Part shown: piece by piece, positions 1 through 8,549 of the stretch
Layout of the letters: each line of letters starts with the position of its first letter
Position numbering within the stretch: position 1 is the stretch's first letter
Source of the DNA: a virus
Lineage: Duplodnaviria; Caudoviricetes
Reading direction: 5' to 3' (one strand)
Length of the DNA: 26,445 bases
Virus record (IMG/VR): IMGVR_UViG_3300005758_000110
Coordinates: 1 to 26,445 of that record
Made by a program: the position numbers and the translations under genes
Notes under the pieces: generated by a model
The model's database searches: none
Told to the model about the DNA's origin: nothing
The model's input: the letters and a program-made list of their open reading frames with translations, nothing else

Positions 1-1
1 A

Positions 2-766
2 TCATTTGAAAGGCATAGACAAAATTCACAAAAAGAGTTAGGCGATGGATGTGGTAGATTAATGTGGTTAGCATGGGGCGGTGACGAAGGCATTGAATGG
101 GCACAAAGAAAATTAGAACAAATTGATAGAGAAAAAATGATTGTTAATCCAAGAGCAGGTGAAACCAAAGATGAATTTGTTTCTCGATGTATAGCAGTTG
201 AAGTTGAATCAGGAAAAGACCAAGACCAAGCGGCTGCAATTTGTTATTCTAAATGGGATGAGCAAAGCATGAAAGGTCAATTTAAATTCTTTGCAAATAA
301 AGAAAGACGTTTAATTAGTGGGGCGTTAATGCTTGCTGATTTACCTATTTATAGAAGCGATGAGAGCGGAGAATATTATGTAGTATTTGACAAAGAGCAA
401 ATTGAAAAGATTGCACAAAGGTTTTTCAAAAAAGGCTATACACATAATGTAAATATGATGCATGATAGCGAAAGACAAGTTGATGGGGTTTACATGGTTG
501 AATCTTTTATTATTGACAAAACAAGAGGCATTAAAACTCCCGAAGGTTATCCTACATTAACGGAGGGTAGTTGGTTCGGAACTTTTAAAGTAGATAATAA
601 CGAAGTTTGGAATGATTTTATAAGAACAGGAGTGTTTAAAGGTTTTAGTGTTGAGGGTGCTTTTGCCCATAGAAAGCTAAAAGATGCCCCTATAAACGTT
701 TTAGAAAGTTTAGCGGATAGAATACACAATTTAAGAAAAAAAGTTGCTGAGATTGCAACTAAATGA
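2..766 (+). CDS. Prohead serine protease, XkdF-like (5' truncated), with accessory N-terminal domains
   Basis: The frame is open from base 2 (SFERHRQNSQKELGDGCGRLMWLAWGG...), so the real start lies upstream of the window. The core has 'RRLISGALMLAD.PIYR', 'NVNMMHD' and 'W...IRTGVFKGFSVEG', typical of XkdF-like phage proteases. It lies directly before scaffold and capsid. Confidence 0.8.
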   Translation, partial: SFERHRQNSQKELGDGCGRLMWLAWGGDEGIEWAQRKLEQIDREKMIVNPRAGETKDEFVSRCIAVEVESGKDQDQAAAICYSKWDEQSMKGQFKFFANKERRLISGALMLADLPIYRSDESGEYYVVFDKEQIEKIAQRFFKKGYTHNVNMMHDSERQVDGVYMVESFIIDKTRGIKTPEGYPTLTEGSWFGTFKVDNNEVWNDFIRTGVFKGFSVEGAFAHRKLKDAPINVLESLADRIHNLRKKVAEIATK

Positions 767-780
767 TTTTAATGTACTTT
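754..780 (+). promoter_or_regulatory. Candidate phage late promoter TGCAAC-N14-GTACTTT (copy 1)
   Basis: The same two boxes at the same spacing recur at 2984-3010 and 8226-8252, each just upstream of a structural gene start. Confidence 0.6.
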
Positions 781-795
781 ATAAAAAAACAAGCA

Positions 796-1398
796 ATGGA
801 AAATAAAAAACAAACTTTTAAAGAAGTTTTTTCAGAAATGAAAGAATTATTCAAAGACATTTTTCAAGACGAAATTAAGGACTTGAAATTTGCTGACTAT
901 AAAGCTAAGGATGGTTCTATTATTCGTACAGATACCGAAGAAATCGCAATCGGTTCTAAATTACAAGTTATAACTCCAGATGGTGTTATGGATTTGCCAG
1001 TTGAAATAACTGAAATGGTTATCATGGTAAATGAAATGCCAATGAAAGTTTACGTTGAAAACGGAGTTGTAAAAGGCATCGAACCTGAAGAAGTAATAGA
1101 AGAGCCAGTTATGGAAGAAATGGCATCCGATAACAATGAACAATTTGAAGCAAAGTTTGCTGAATTAAACGAGCGTTTATCAAAATTAGAAGCTGCATTA
1201 GGTTTGTCAAATCAGGCATTAGAAGCTGCGAACAATTCTATTTTAGCTCAAACTGATTTAAACAGAAAATTATTTTCATTGATTGAAAAAGTTGCAGACG
1301 CTCCAAGTGTTGAGCCTAAGTCAACTTCAAAAGAAAACTTTAAAAAAGCACAACCAACAAGTTTAGAAGAATTTAGAAAAAAAGTATATAACTATTAA
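796..1398 (+). CDS. Capsid scaffolding protein
   Basis: Acidic, with a coiled-coil C-terminal half, located between protease and major capsid. ATG 796 after an A-rich leader is preferred over 763. Confidence 0.7.
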   Translation: MENKKQTFKEVFSEMKELFKDIFQDEIKDLKFADYKAKDGSIIRTDTEEIAIGSKLQVITPDGVMDLPVEITEMVIMVNEMPMKVYVENGVVKGIEPEEVIEEPVMEEMASDNNEQFEAKFAELNERLSKLEAALGLSNQALEAANNSILAQTDLNRKLFSLIEKVADAPSVEPKSTSKENFKKAQPTSLEEFRKKVYNY

Positions 1399-1420
1399 CC
1401 AATAAAAAACAAAAAACACA

Positions 1421-2386
1421 ATGGCATTTTCATTTGATTCAATGACAGCTTATGTAGAAGAAAACAGAGCTGACCTCATCACCAAAGCAATTTTAGGTGG
1501 TGTAACCTTAGGAAAAGGTGTAGACATCCGTACAGGCATTAAGTCTACAGAAAAAATCCCTGTATTAGAAAGTACAGTACCGTTCCAAGCAGAAGCGTGT
1601 TCATTCACAACTTCGGGAACTACAACTTTCTCTCAAGTATCAATCGCAACTGTAGGTATTAACTTCGCAGAACAATTCTGTTTGAAAGATTTAAATACTT
1701 ACTATACTCAAAAGTATTTACCAGCAGGAGCAAACAATGATTCATTATCTATTGCACAAAACATTATCGACAGAAAAATTGCTCAAGTAGCACGTAACGT
1801 TGAGAATATGATTTGGGCAGGTAAAACTACTTATACTAATTCAACTGTATTAAAGCAGATGAATGGTTGGTTAGCTACAATTGACACAGCAGGTACAGCA
1901 GTAGCAGCAACACCATCAACTTTAAATTCAACTAATGTATTAACTATATTTGATGACATTTACGCAAAAGTACCTTCTGCTGCAATCGCAAACGAGCCTA
2001 TCGTTGCTTTCTGTGGTTATGATACTTTTAGAACATTAGCTGCAAAGATTACATCAACTTATGGAATTTATGGTTCACAGTACACAACTGATAACGTATG
2101 GAACAATTGGGAATTAATGTACCCAGGAACTAACATGAAGGTTGTTGGCGTACCAGGATTAAGTGATGCAGCAGTTGATACAGGTTCTGTACCTACAGCA
2201 GTAAGAAATCGTATTATCGCAACTTACGCTTCAAACTTAGTATTCGGTACTGACTTACAATCAGACTTAGAAAATATCGAAGCTTGGTATTCCAAGGACG
2301 ACAGGGTTTGGCGCGTCTTTGGTGCATTTCGTGCAGGATGTGCAGTGAAATTCATTGACCATGTAGTACAATACACTAACGCTTAA
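1421..2386 (+). CDS. Major capsid protein
   Basis: 321 aa; 'CSFTTSGTTTFSQ..I', 'E.FCLKDL..YY' and 'NLVFGTDL.SD' pattern of Bacteroidota phage capsids; follows the scaffold and is followed by a terminator. Confidence 0.85.
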   Translation: MAFSFDSMTAYVEENRADLITKAILGGVTLGKGVDIRTGIKSTEKIPVLESTVPFQAEACSFTTSGTTTFSQVSIATVGINFAEQFCLKDLNTYYTQKYLPAGANNDSLSIAQNIIDRKIAQVARNVENMIWAGKTTYTNSTVLKQMNGWLATIDTAGTAVAATPSTLNSTNVLTIFDDIYAKVPSAAIANEPIVAFCGYDTFRTLAAKITSTYGIYGSQYTTDNVWNNWELMYPGTNMKVVGVPGLSDAAVDTGSVPTAVRNRIIATYASNLVFGTDLQSDLENIEAWYSKDDRVWRVFGAFRAGCAVKFIDHVVQYTNA

Positions 2387-2395
2387 TTATTAACT

Positions 2396-2419
2396 AAGGG
2401 AGTGTAACAACTCCCTTTT
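2396..2419 (+). terminator. Intrinsic terminator after capsid gene
   Basis: Stem AAGGGAGT (2396-2403) / ACTCCCTT (2410-2417), 6-nt loop, short T run. Confidence 0.65.
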
Positions 2420-2432
2420 AAAATTTTAAAAC

Positions 2433-2942
2433 ATGCCTTGTAATATTATTGAAGGATTAACATTAGACTGCCGCCAAGGTGCGGGTGGTGTAAAAAAAAT
2501 ATATCTTACAGAGTTTGCCAATGTTTCAACGATTACAAGTTCATCGGGTCAAGTTAGTGCAATTACAATGGTAGCAGGAAAAAAATTCTGGACTGTTGAG
2601 GTTGAGTTAGAAGATGCGCAATTTGATGAGAATGCGACTGTAAGTATTGAAAACGGGACAACTTTTTATGAGCAAAGTTTAGTTTTTTCAGTTTATAAAA
2701 TGACTGCAAAAAATAGAAACATTGTTCGTTTACTAACACAAAACAGATTGATGGTTATTGTTCAAGATGCAGACGATGTTTATCACTTAGCAGGTGAAAC
2801 AAGAGCGATGCATTTAACAGCAGGAACTTCATCAACTGGCAAAGCAATGGGCGATAAGAATGGCTACTCAATTACTTTAACTGGCAAAGAGCCTTTACCA
2901 AGTAATAAAGTAAATTCGGGTGTGATTTCAGGCATCATATAA
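2433..2942 (+). CDS. Virion structural protein, probable major tail (tube) protein
   Basis: 'MPCNI..G..LDCRQGAGGVKKIY', 'ENGTTFYEQ' and 'GKAMGDKNGYSITLTG.E' resemble the protein that follows the capsid in Bacteroidota phages; Thr/Ser/Gly-rich, 169 aa. Confidence 0.6.
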   Translation: MPCNIIEGLTLDCRQGAGGVKKIYLTEFANVSTITSSSGQVSAITMVAGKKFWTVEVELEDAQFDENATVSIENGTTFYEQSLVFSVYKMTAKNRNIVRLLTQNRLMVIVQDADDVYHLAGETRAMHLTAGTSSTGKAMGDKNGYSITLTGKEPLPSNKVNSGVISGII

Positions 2943-2967
2943 TTCCCCAGTTCGTTTGATTTGATTT

Positions 2968-3000
2968 CGGAGGGTTGCAGAAATGCAACCTTTCGTTTTT
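2968..3000 (+). terminator. Intrinsic terminator with GAAA tetraloop
   Basis: CGGAGGGTTGCA-GAAA-TGCAACCTTTCG (two G-U pairs) followed by TTTTT. Confidence 0.8.
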
Positions 3001-3010
3001 ATGGTACTTT
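2984..3010 (+). promoter_or_regulatory. Candidate phage late promoter TGCAAC-N14-GTACTTT (copy 2), overlapping the terminator
   Basis: Boxes and spacing are identical to copy 1; 7 nt upstream of ATG 3018. Confidence 0.6.
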
Positions 3011-3017
3011 GTAAAAT

Positions 3018-3416
3018 ATGCAAATAATAAATAAAGGGCAAAACAATTTCTTAGTATTTACCTTAACAGAAAAGGTTACTTTAAGCAATCCTTACTATTT
3101 ATTTTCATTTAAACATCAAGTGTTAATGAGTTCGGTAAATTTCATTGCAAGTGATGTAAGTTCGTTTCCTACTCGTTTCAATAAGTTTTTAATAACTGAA
3201 ACAACGGGAACTGTTAATTTAACGAGTGGTATTGTATCTTTGCCTGAAACAGGATTTTATGAATATTCAATTTATGAGCAAACAAGTTCAAGTAATTTAA
3301 ATGTAGATAATGCAACGGGATTACTTGAAATAGGAATGGTAAAAGTTGAAAGTCCAGTCCCTGTTATTAATGCTTATGATAATCAAAATAAAACGATTAT
3401 AACCTATGGAGAATAA
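3018..3416 (+). CDS. Putative virion structural protein (beta-rich)
   Basis: 132-aa ORF between the tail-tube-like gene and the portal; overlaps the portal start. Confidence 0.5.
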   Translation: MQIINKGQNNFLVFTLTEKVTLSNPYYLFSFKHQVLMSSVNFIASDVSSFPTRFNKFLITETTGTVNLTSGIVSLPETGFYEYSIYEQTSSSNLNVDNATGLLEIGMVKVESPVPVINAYDNQNKTIITYGE

Positions 3417-5451
3417 TATATACGATGTAATTAACCTTAAACTACAAGCTCATAAAACGCCTGTATTTAAAGAAGAAAAATCAAAAGACTGGGTAATTTA
3501 TGGAACAGATAAAGAAGGCGGTTATTATAACAATTATCCATCTTATTTGCTTTATTTATATAATCGTAGTTCTAAACATAACGCTTTTATTAATGGTAAG
3601 GTATTATATATTTGCGGTGCTGGTGTTGGTTTTGATAGTACTGATTTATCAATTGAAGATATAGCAATAGCAAATGATTTTTTAAATAAAGAAAATACAA
3701 ACTTTGATACATTAAAAGATATTGTAAAAAAATGTGTTTTAGATAAAAAATTGTTTGGAGGTTATTATTTAGAAGTTATTTGGAATAAAGCAGGTAACAA
3801 CTTTGAGTTATTACATTTTCCTTATAACAATTTAAGAAAGGCAAAAGATGCGGATGGGTATTGGTATTCAAAAGACTGGAGCCAACAAAAGCAAAGCCCT
3901 GAACAAACGGATTTAGAGTATATTCCTTTATTTGACCCTAACAAACCAAACGGAAGGCAAGTATTCGTTTCAAAAGAATACAGACCCGATTTGGATGCCT
4001 ATCCTTTGCCTGACTATGTAGCAAGTGCTGTTTATGCTGAAGTTGATGTTGAGCTTTCTAATTACCGTTTAAATGCGATTAAGAGTGGTTTTAATGCAGG
4101 AACTATTTTAAATTTTAGTAATGGCAGACCAACTGAAGAAGAGAAAGAAGAAATTGAAGCAAGACTAAAAGAGAAGTTTACAGGAACTGATAGAGCAAAC
4201 AGTTTACTAATTTCATTTAGTGGCAATAGGGATTCAGCTCCAACAATAGAACATTTAACACCTCAAAATGTAGATGCGCAGTTAACCGAATTAAACGACC
4301 AAGTAATTCAAGAATTAATTATCGGTCATCACATTCCAAACCCTATGTTAGTTGGAATAAAAACAGCAGGGGAGTTGGGAACTAAAGACCAGATAAATGA
4401 TAGTTATGAGTTATATAAAAACACTTATATAATCCCTAATCAAAAAGAAATAGAAAAAGACTTTAACTATCTTTTAAAGTTAAAAGGATTTTCAAATCGT
4501 ATTTACTTAAAAGAGTTGGACCCTATTGAAGAGCAGTTACCTATTGAAGAAAAAATAAAGGTAATGACTCCTGTTGAAATTCGTGAAATGTATGGATTGC
4601 CTCCATTAGATGTTAAGGCTACTGCAAGTGCAAACGCTATTAATGATGCTTTAAATACATTATCTCCATTAGTTGCAACTAAAGTATTAGAGACAATGGA
4701 TGCTAACGAAATTAGAGCGTTAATATCTTTGCCACCATTAGATGAAGAAGACAAACCAAAACAAATAGTTTCAAGTGCTATTCACAGATTTGAAGACCAA
4801 ATATGCGACCATTCATTTGCATCTGAAAGTGAAATTGATGAAGTAATTGAAATATTTAAAATGTTTGGGGATGATAGAGAAAACTATGAAGTGATTGAGC
4901 AAACATTCATGAATGAAGATAATCGCTTTGAGTTTGCAGTTGATGTAAGTCCATTAAGCAAACAAATTAAAAGAGACATTGTTGGCTTATTAGATAAAGA
5001 CCCATTAATGGATAACAAGACAATTGCAGATACTTTAAGAATAAAAGAAGATAGAGTAGCTGACTTAATCCAAGACATGGTAAAAGAAGAGCTAATCAAA
5101 GTAAAAGAAACAACCACAGGCGGTCAAAAAAAAGCGATTAGAGTACCTTCAACTGCTGCAATTAGAACATCAAATAAATTAGGTACAGATACTGAAGACT
5201 ACAAAATAATGTATACTTATGAATGGAGAGCAGGTGTTAAGCCTGACAAACGAAATTCAAGAGAGTTTTGTGTTAAGTTATTGGATGCAAATAAAATGTA
5301 TTCGAGAGCGCAAATAGAACAAATCAGTAAAATAGTAGGATATGATGTTTGGAATTATCGTGGCGGTTGGTGGACCAGAAAAGGCGGTCAAACACGTACA
5401 CCTTTTTGCAGACATATTTGGAGCGCAAATGTTGTAAAAATTAAAAAATAA
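3406..5451 (+). CDS. Portal protein with C-terminal HTH-like and MuF-like extension
   Basis: N-terminal ~400 aa have portal-type motifs ('YG..N.YP.YL..LYNRSSKHNA.I..K', 'KFTGTDRA', 'HHIPNPMLVGI', 'MTPVEIRE..GLPPL'). The C-terminal 'SREFC...YRGG...FCRHIW' is MuF/minor-head-like. Confidence 0.85.
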   Translation: MENNIYDVINLKLQAHKTPVFKEEKSKDWVIYGTDKEGGYYNNYPSYLLYLYNRSSKHNAFINGKVLYICGAGVGFDSTDLSIEDIAIANDFLNKENTNFDTLKDIVKKCVLDKKLFGGYYLEVIWNKAGNNFELLHFPYNNLRKAKDADGYWYSKDWSQQKQSPEQTDLEYIPLFDPNKPNGRQVFVSKEYRPDLDAYPLPDYVASAVYAEVDVELSNYRLNAIKSGFNAGTILNFSNGRPTEEEKEEIEARLKEKFTGTDRANSLLISFSGNRDSAPTIEHLTPQNVDAQLTELNDQVIQELIIGHHIPNPMLVGIKTAGELGTKDQINDSYELYKNTYIIPNQKEIEKDFNYLLKLKGFSNRIYLKELDPIEEQLPIEEKIKVMTPVEIREMYGLPPLDVKATASANAINDALNTLSPLVATKVLETMDANEIRALISLPPLDEEDKPKQIVSSAIHRFEDQICDHSFASESEIDEVIEIFKMFGDDRENYEVIEQTFMNEDNRFEFAVDVSPLSKQIKRDIVGLLDKDPLMDNKTIADTLRIKEDRVADLIQDMVKEELIKVKETTTGGQKKAIRVPSTAAIRTSNKLGTDTEDYKIMYTYEWRAGVKPDKRNSREFCVKLLDANKMYSRAQIEQISKIVGYDVWNYRGGWWTRKGGQTRTPFCRHIWSANVVKIKK

Positions 5452-5454
5452 AAC

Positions 5455-6018
5455 ATGGCAACAGTATTACTTTTAACAGCAACATACATTAAGGACTATA
5501 CATTTATAGACCCTAATGTAGATGAAAAATATATTCGTATATCGATTGAGGAGGCTCAAAAGATACATATTAGAAATTATATTGGTTCGGGATTATACGA
5601 TGAGATAATTAACCAAGTAAGCACAAACACATTAACAGCTTTAAATACTGATTTATTAGATAACTACATTATACCAGCTTTAAAATGGTGGGTAATGGTT
5701 GAGGCTGCTCCATTCTTAACTTATAAGGTAACTAATAAAAATATTGTAAAAAAGAATAGTGATAACAGTACGGGAGTTGATTTTAACGAACTTAACTCAT
5801 TTATGAATTTAGTTACTGACAAAGCTCAATACCATACTAAAAGATTAATTGATTTCTTATTTGAGTATTCAGACCAATATCCGTTATATGATAACCCTGG
5901 CGATGGGTTTAATGTAATTTATCCGCAAGGTTATTCTTACGAAGAAAGTATTTATTTAGGTCGTAACCGTTCAGTATTTAGCTATGAAGAAAAATTCGAA
6001 AAAAGAAAACGTTACTAA
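5455..6018 (+). CDS. Head-tail connector/adaptor protein
   Basis: Helical; 'I..NVD...I...I..AQ..HI..Y.G..LY' family pattern; directly after the portal. Confidence 0.6.
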   Translation: MATVLLLTATYIKDYTFIDPNVDEKYIRISIEEAQKIHIRNYIGSGLYDEIINQVSTNTLTALNTDLLDNYIIPALKWWVMVEAAPFLTYKVTNKNIVKKNSDNSTGVDFNELNSFMNLVTDKAQYHTKRLIDFLFEYSDQYPLYDNPGDGFNVIYPQGYSYEESIYLGRNRSVFSYEEKFEKRKRY

Positions 6019-6109
6019 AAAGAGTGGATATAAGCTCTTTAACAAAATTGAAATACTTAAAAAATTTTTGAATGATAACGTTAAACCAAATAATAAAAAA
6101 CCTAAATAA
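5984..6109 (+). CDS. Small lysine-rich protein (41 aa), not in ORF track
   Basis: MKKNSKKENVTKKSGYKLFNKIEILKKFLNDNVKPNNKKPK fills the gap and overlaps both neighbours, as most genes here do. Confidence 0.45.
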   Translation: MKKNSKKENVTKKSGYKLFNKIEILKKFLNDNVKPNNKKPK

Positions 6110-6677
6110 TATTGCGAATGCGCATTATCAAATTAATTCATTTGGTAATGGCAGCGTGATTGAATTTGCAACAAGTGGGATTACAAACTATCCTGCTATG
6201 TGGGTTGATTATGAGCCGCCACAATTACAAGGCAATGCTTTTCAAAATGTTTTGCGTATCTATATAATGGATAGGCTAATTAAAGGAAAGAAAAACGAAC
6301 TTGAATTATTTAGTGATATTCAACAAATATGTTTAGATATTATTGCTCAATTAAACTCAACTATTTATGGTTGGAAGTTAGTAAGTGATAATATTACTTT
6401 AAACCCATTTAGTGAACCACGATTTGATGACGAAGATGCAGGTTACTATTTTGATGTTACATTAAAAGTTCCTTTTACTTTTGATAGATGCCAAATACCA
6501 TTTGATTCAAGTATAACGAACCCAAGTGTATCGAGTGGACTTGTAACCATAGTAAACCAAAACGGAACGGTTATAACGACTTTAAAAGGCGGTGAAACAT
6601 ATACCGTAATTCAAGTTAGTGCAATAGATGGGGGAGCTTCAAATACAACTTATACAAATTCGATAATACAAGCATGA
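6072..6677 (+). CDS. Neck / tail-completion-like protein
   Basis: 'YPAMWV', 'IYIMD', 'PF.E.RFDD..AG' pattern; lies between the adaptor and the tail fibre. Confidence 0.5.
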   Translation: MITLNQIIKNLNNIANAHYQINSFGNGSVIEFATSGITNYPAMWVDYEPPQLQGNAFQNVLRIYIMDRLIKGKKNELELFSDIQQICLDIIAQLNSTIYGWKLVSDNITLNPFSEPRFDDEDAGYYFDVTLKVPFTFDRCQIPFDSSITNPSVSSGLVTIVNQNGTVITTLKGGETYTVIQVSAIDGGASNTTYTNSIIQA

Positions 6678-8233
6678 GTACAATAACAGCGCAAATACAA
6701 TTAAGAAGAGATACATCTGCAAATTGGACTAATAACAACCCTGTTTTATTAGCGGGTGAAATAGCTTTAACTACTGATGTATTTTATGCAGGAACTGACC
6801 AGCCAAGACAAAAAATAGGCAATGGAGTTGATACATGGTTAAATTTAGATTATATCCCTGAAGGTGGAGGTTCAAGTTATCCTGAAAATCTTTTCTTAAC
6901 CGTTGTAAATAAAACTGGAGATAATTTATTAGCAAGTGGATATAAAGTTTTAAGAGTACAAAGCGCACAAGGTGAAAGATTAGCAGTTGATTACGCATTA
7001 GCTAATAATGATGCAAATAGTGCAGATACTATTGGAGTTGTTTATGAAGATATAGATAATAATCAAACAGGAAAAATAGTAGTAATTGGAGAATTAACAG
7101 GATTAGATACAACTGGAGATGTACAAGGTGAAACATGGACTGATGGTGATTTATTATTTTTAAGTCCATTTGTTGATGGTGAAATTACTAATATAAGACC
7201 AACTGCGCCAAACCATACGGTAGTTATTGGTTACGTTGTACATAAAAATGCTAACAATGGAAAAATTTATATTAAAATAGATAACGGATATGAAATTGGA
7301 GAGCTACATAATTGTTATTTACCTTCTCCATTAAACAATCAGGGTATATTTTGGAGTTCAGGAACTACTCGATATGAGAATAAAAGCATAACAACTGTAT
7401 TAGGTTACACGCCTGAAAATTCAGCAAACAAAGGAATTGCAAATGGTTACGCTCCACTTGGAAATGATACTAAAATAGATGCGGCTTATTTACCAAGTTA
7501 TGTAAGTGATATTTTAGAATATGCGAACCTTGCCGCTTTTCCTGCAACGGGGCAATCAGGAAAAATATATGTAGCATTAGATACAAATAAAGTTTACCGT
7601 TGGAGCGGAAGTATTTATATTGAAGTATCAGCAAATAGTGGTGTTTGGGGTTCAATAACAGGAACATTAGCAAATCAAACAGACTTAATAAATTATTTAG
7701 ATACAACAAGTTTAAGTATAGGAAACAATGCTGTAACATATAGCGGTCAATATAAATTAAATGGGTTTTATGGTATAAAGGGTGCATCTATTAATTGGAA
7801 TGGTTATATACATTTACAGCCTTATTTGATTAATAATCCACATGTAATAACTGAAATAGGGTTGGAAGTTACAATAGCAGCAGCAGCTTCAAATATAAGA
7901 TTAGCTGTTTATCAGGATAGTTCGGGAGAGCCAGGCGCATTACTTCAAGAAAGTTCAAATATATCTTCAGCAACAACAGGATTTAAAAACTTTGTATTAA
8001 CAAGTCCTATTTCATTAACATTATCACAAAAAGTTGTTTGGTTAGCTTTTCAAGTTTCAAGTGCTTCTGTACAATTAAGGACTGGTCAAGTATTTAATTT
8101 TATAGGTAAACAAACAACTGGTTCAGGTGGCGATAATAGGCAAAAGTCTCAATCATTTGGAGCTTTTTCAAATCCAATTGGAGCAAATACGAATGTTAAT
8201 TTTTCAGTTGCAATGTGGGTAAGAGTTCAATAA
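6674..8233 (+). CDS. Tail fibre / receptor-binding protein with Mtd_N-like N-terminus
   Basis: N-terminal 'QIQLRRDTSANWTNNNPVLLAGEI' is the Mtd_N/hyaluronidase N-terminal anchor motif. Internal 'NKG.ANGYAPL...KI...YLPSYV.D.LEY....FPATG..GKIY' fibre module; beta-rich C-terminal domain. Confidence 0.75.
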   Translation: MSTITAQIQLRRDTSANWTNNNPVLLAGEIALTTDVFYAGTDQPRQKIGNGVDTWLNLDYIPEGGGSSYPENLFLTVVNKTGDNLLASGYKVLRVQSAQGERLAVDYALANNDANSADTIGVVYEDIDNNQTGKIVVIGELTGLDTTGDVQGETWTDGDLLFLSPFVDGEITNIRPTAPNHTVVIGYVVHKNANNGKIYIKIDNGYEIGELHNCYLPSPLNNQGIFWSSGTTRYENKSITTVLGYTPENSANKGIANGYAPLGNDTKIDAAYLPSYVSDILEYANLAAFPATGQSGKIYVALDTNKVYRWSGSIYIEVSANSGVWGSITGTLANQTDLINYLDTTSLSIGNNAVTYSGQYKLNGFYGIKGASINWNGYIHLQPYLINNPHVITEIGLEVTIAAAASNIRLAVYQDSSGEPGALLQESSNISSATTGFKNFVLTSPISLTLSQKVVWLAFQVSSASVQLRTGQVFNFIGKQTTGSGGDNRQKSQSFGAFSNPIGANTNVNFSVAMWVRVQ

Positions 8234-8252
8234 TAATAAATAATGGTACTTT
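8226..8252 (+). promoter_or_regulatory. Candidate phage late promoter TTCAAT-N14-GTACTTT (copy 3)
   Basis: Same downstream box and spacing with a degenerate upstream box; 15 nt before ATG 8268. Confidence 0.5.
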
Positions 8253-8267
8253 AAAAATAAAAAACAA

Positions 8268-8549
8268 ATGGCAAACGCATTAAGATTAACAGCAAACGGT
8301 GGCTGCGAATATATAGATAACACAGTTGCGAGAACAGGCAAGAAATATTATTGTTTTATTGTTCAGGCTGATACAGTAGTTGCGACTTTAACAGGTGGCT
8401 TTGCACCCGATACTACAACAAACTATTTAACATCAATAGGTTTAAGTGGAAAAACATTAAAGCAAGGTGCTATTATTTACGCTCCTGGCGATGCTGTTTT
8501 TACTAACTTAACTTTAACAAGTGGTTCAATTATAGCTTATTCAGAATGA
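8268..8549 (+). CDS. Small virion protein (beta-rich)
   Basis: 93 aa ending 'FTNLTLTSGSIIAY'; in the tail region, with a strong A-rich leader. Confidence 0.5.
   Translation: MANALRLTANGGCEYIDNTVARTGKKYYCFIVQADTVVATLTGGFAPDTTTNYLTSIGLSGKTLKQGAIIYAPGDAVFTNLTLTSGSIIAYSE

Noticed and set aside
763-795. Longer start (ATG 763) for the scaffold gene
   Set aside because: It overlaps the candidate promoter box; ATG 796 has the A-rich leader typical of this genome.
6674-8233. Diversity-generating retroelement, suggested by the Mtd_N-like domain
   Set aside because: No reverse transcriptase and no template/variable repeat pair seen; Mtd_N is only an anchor domain.
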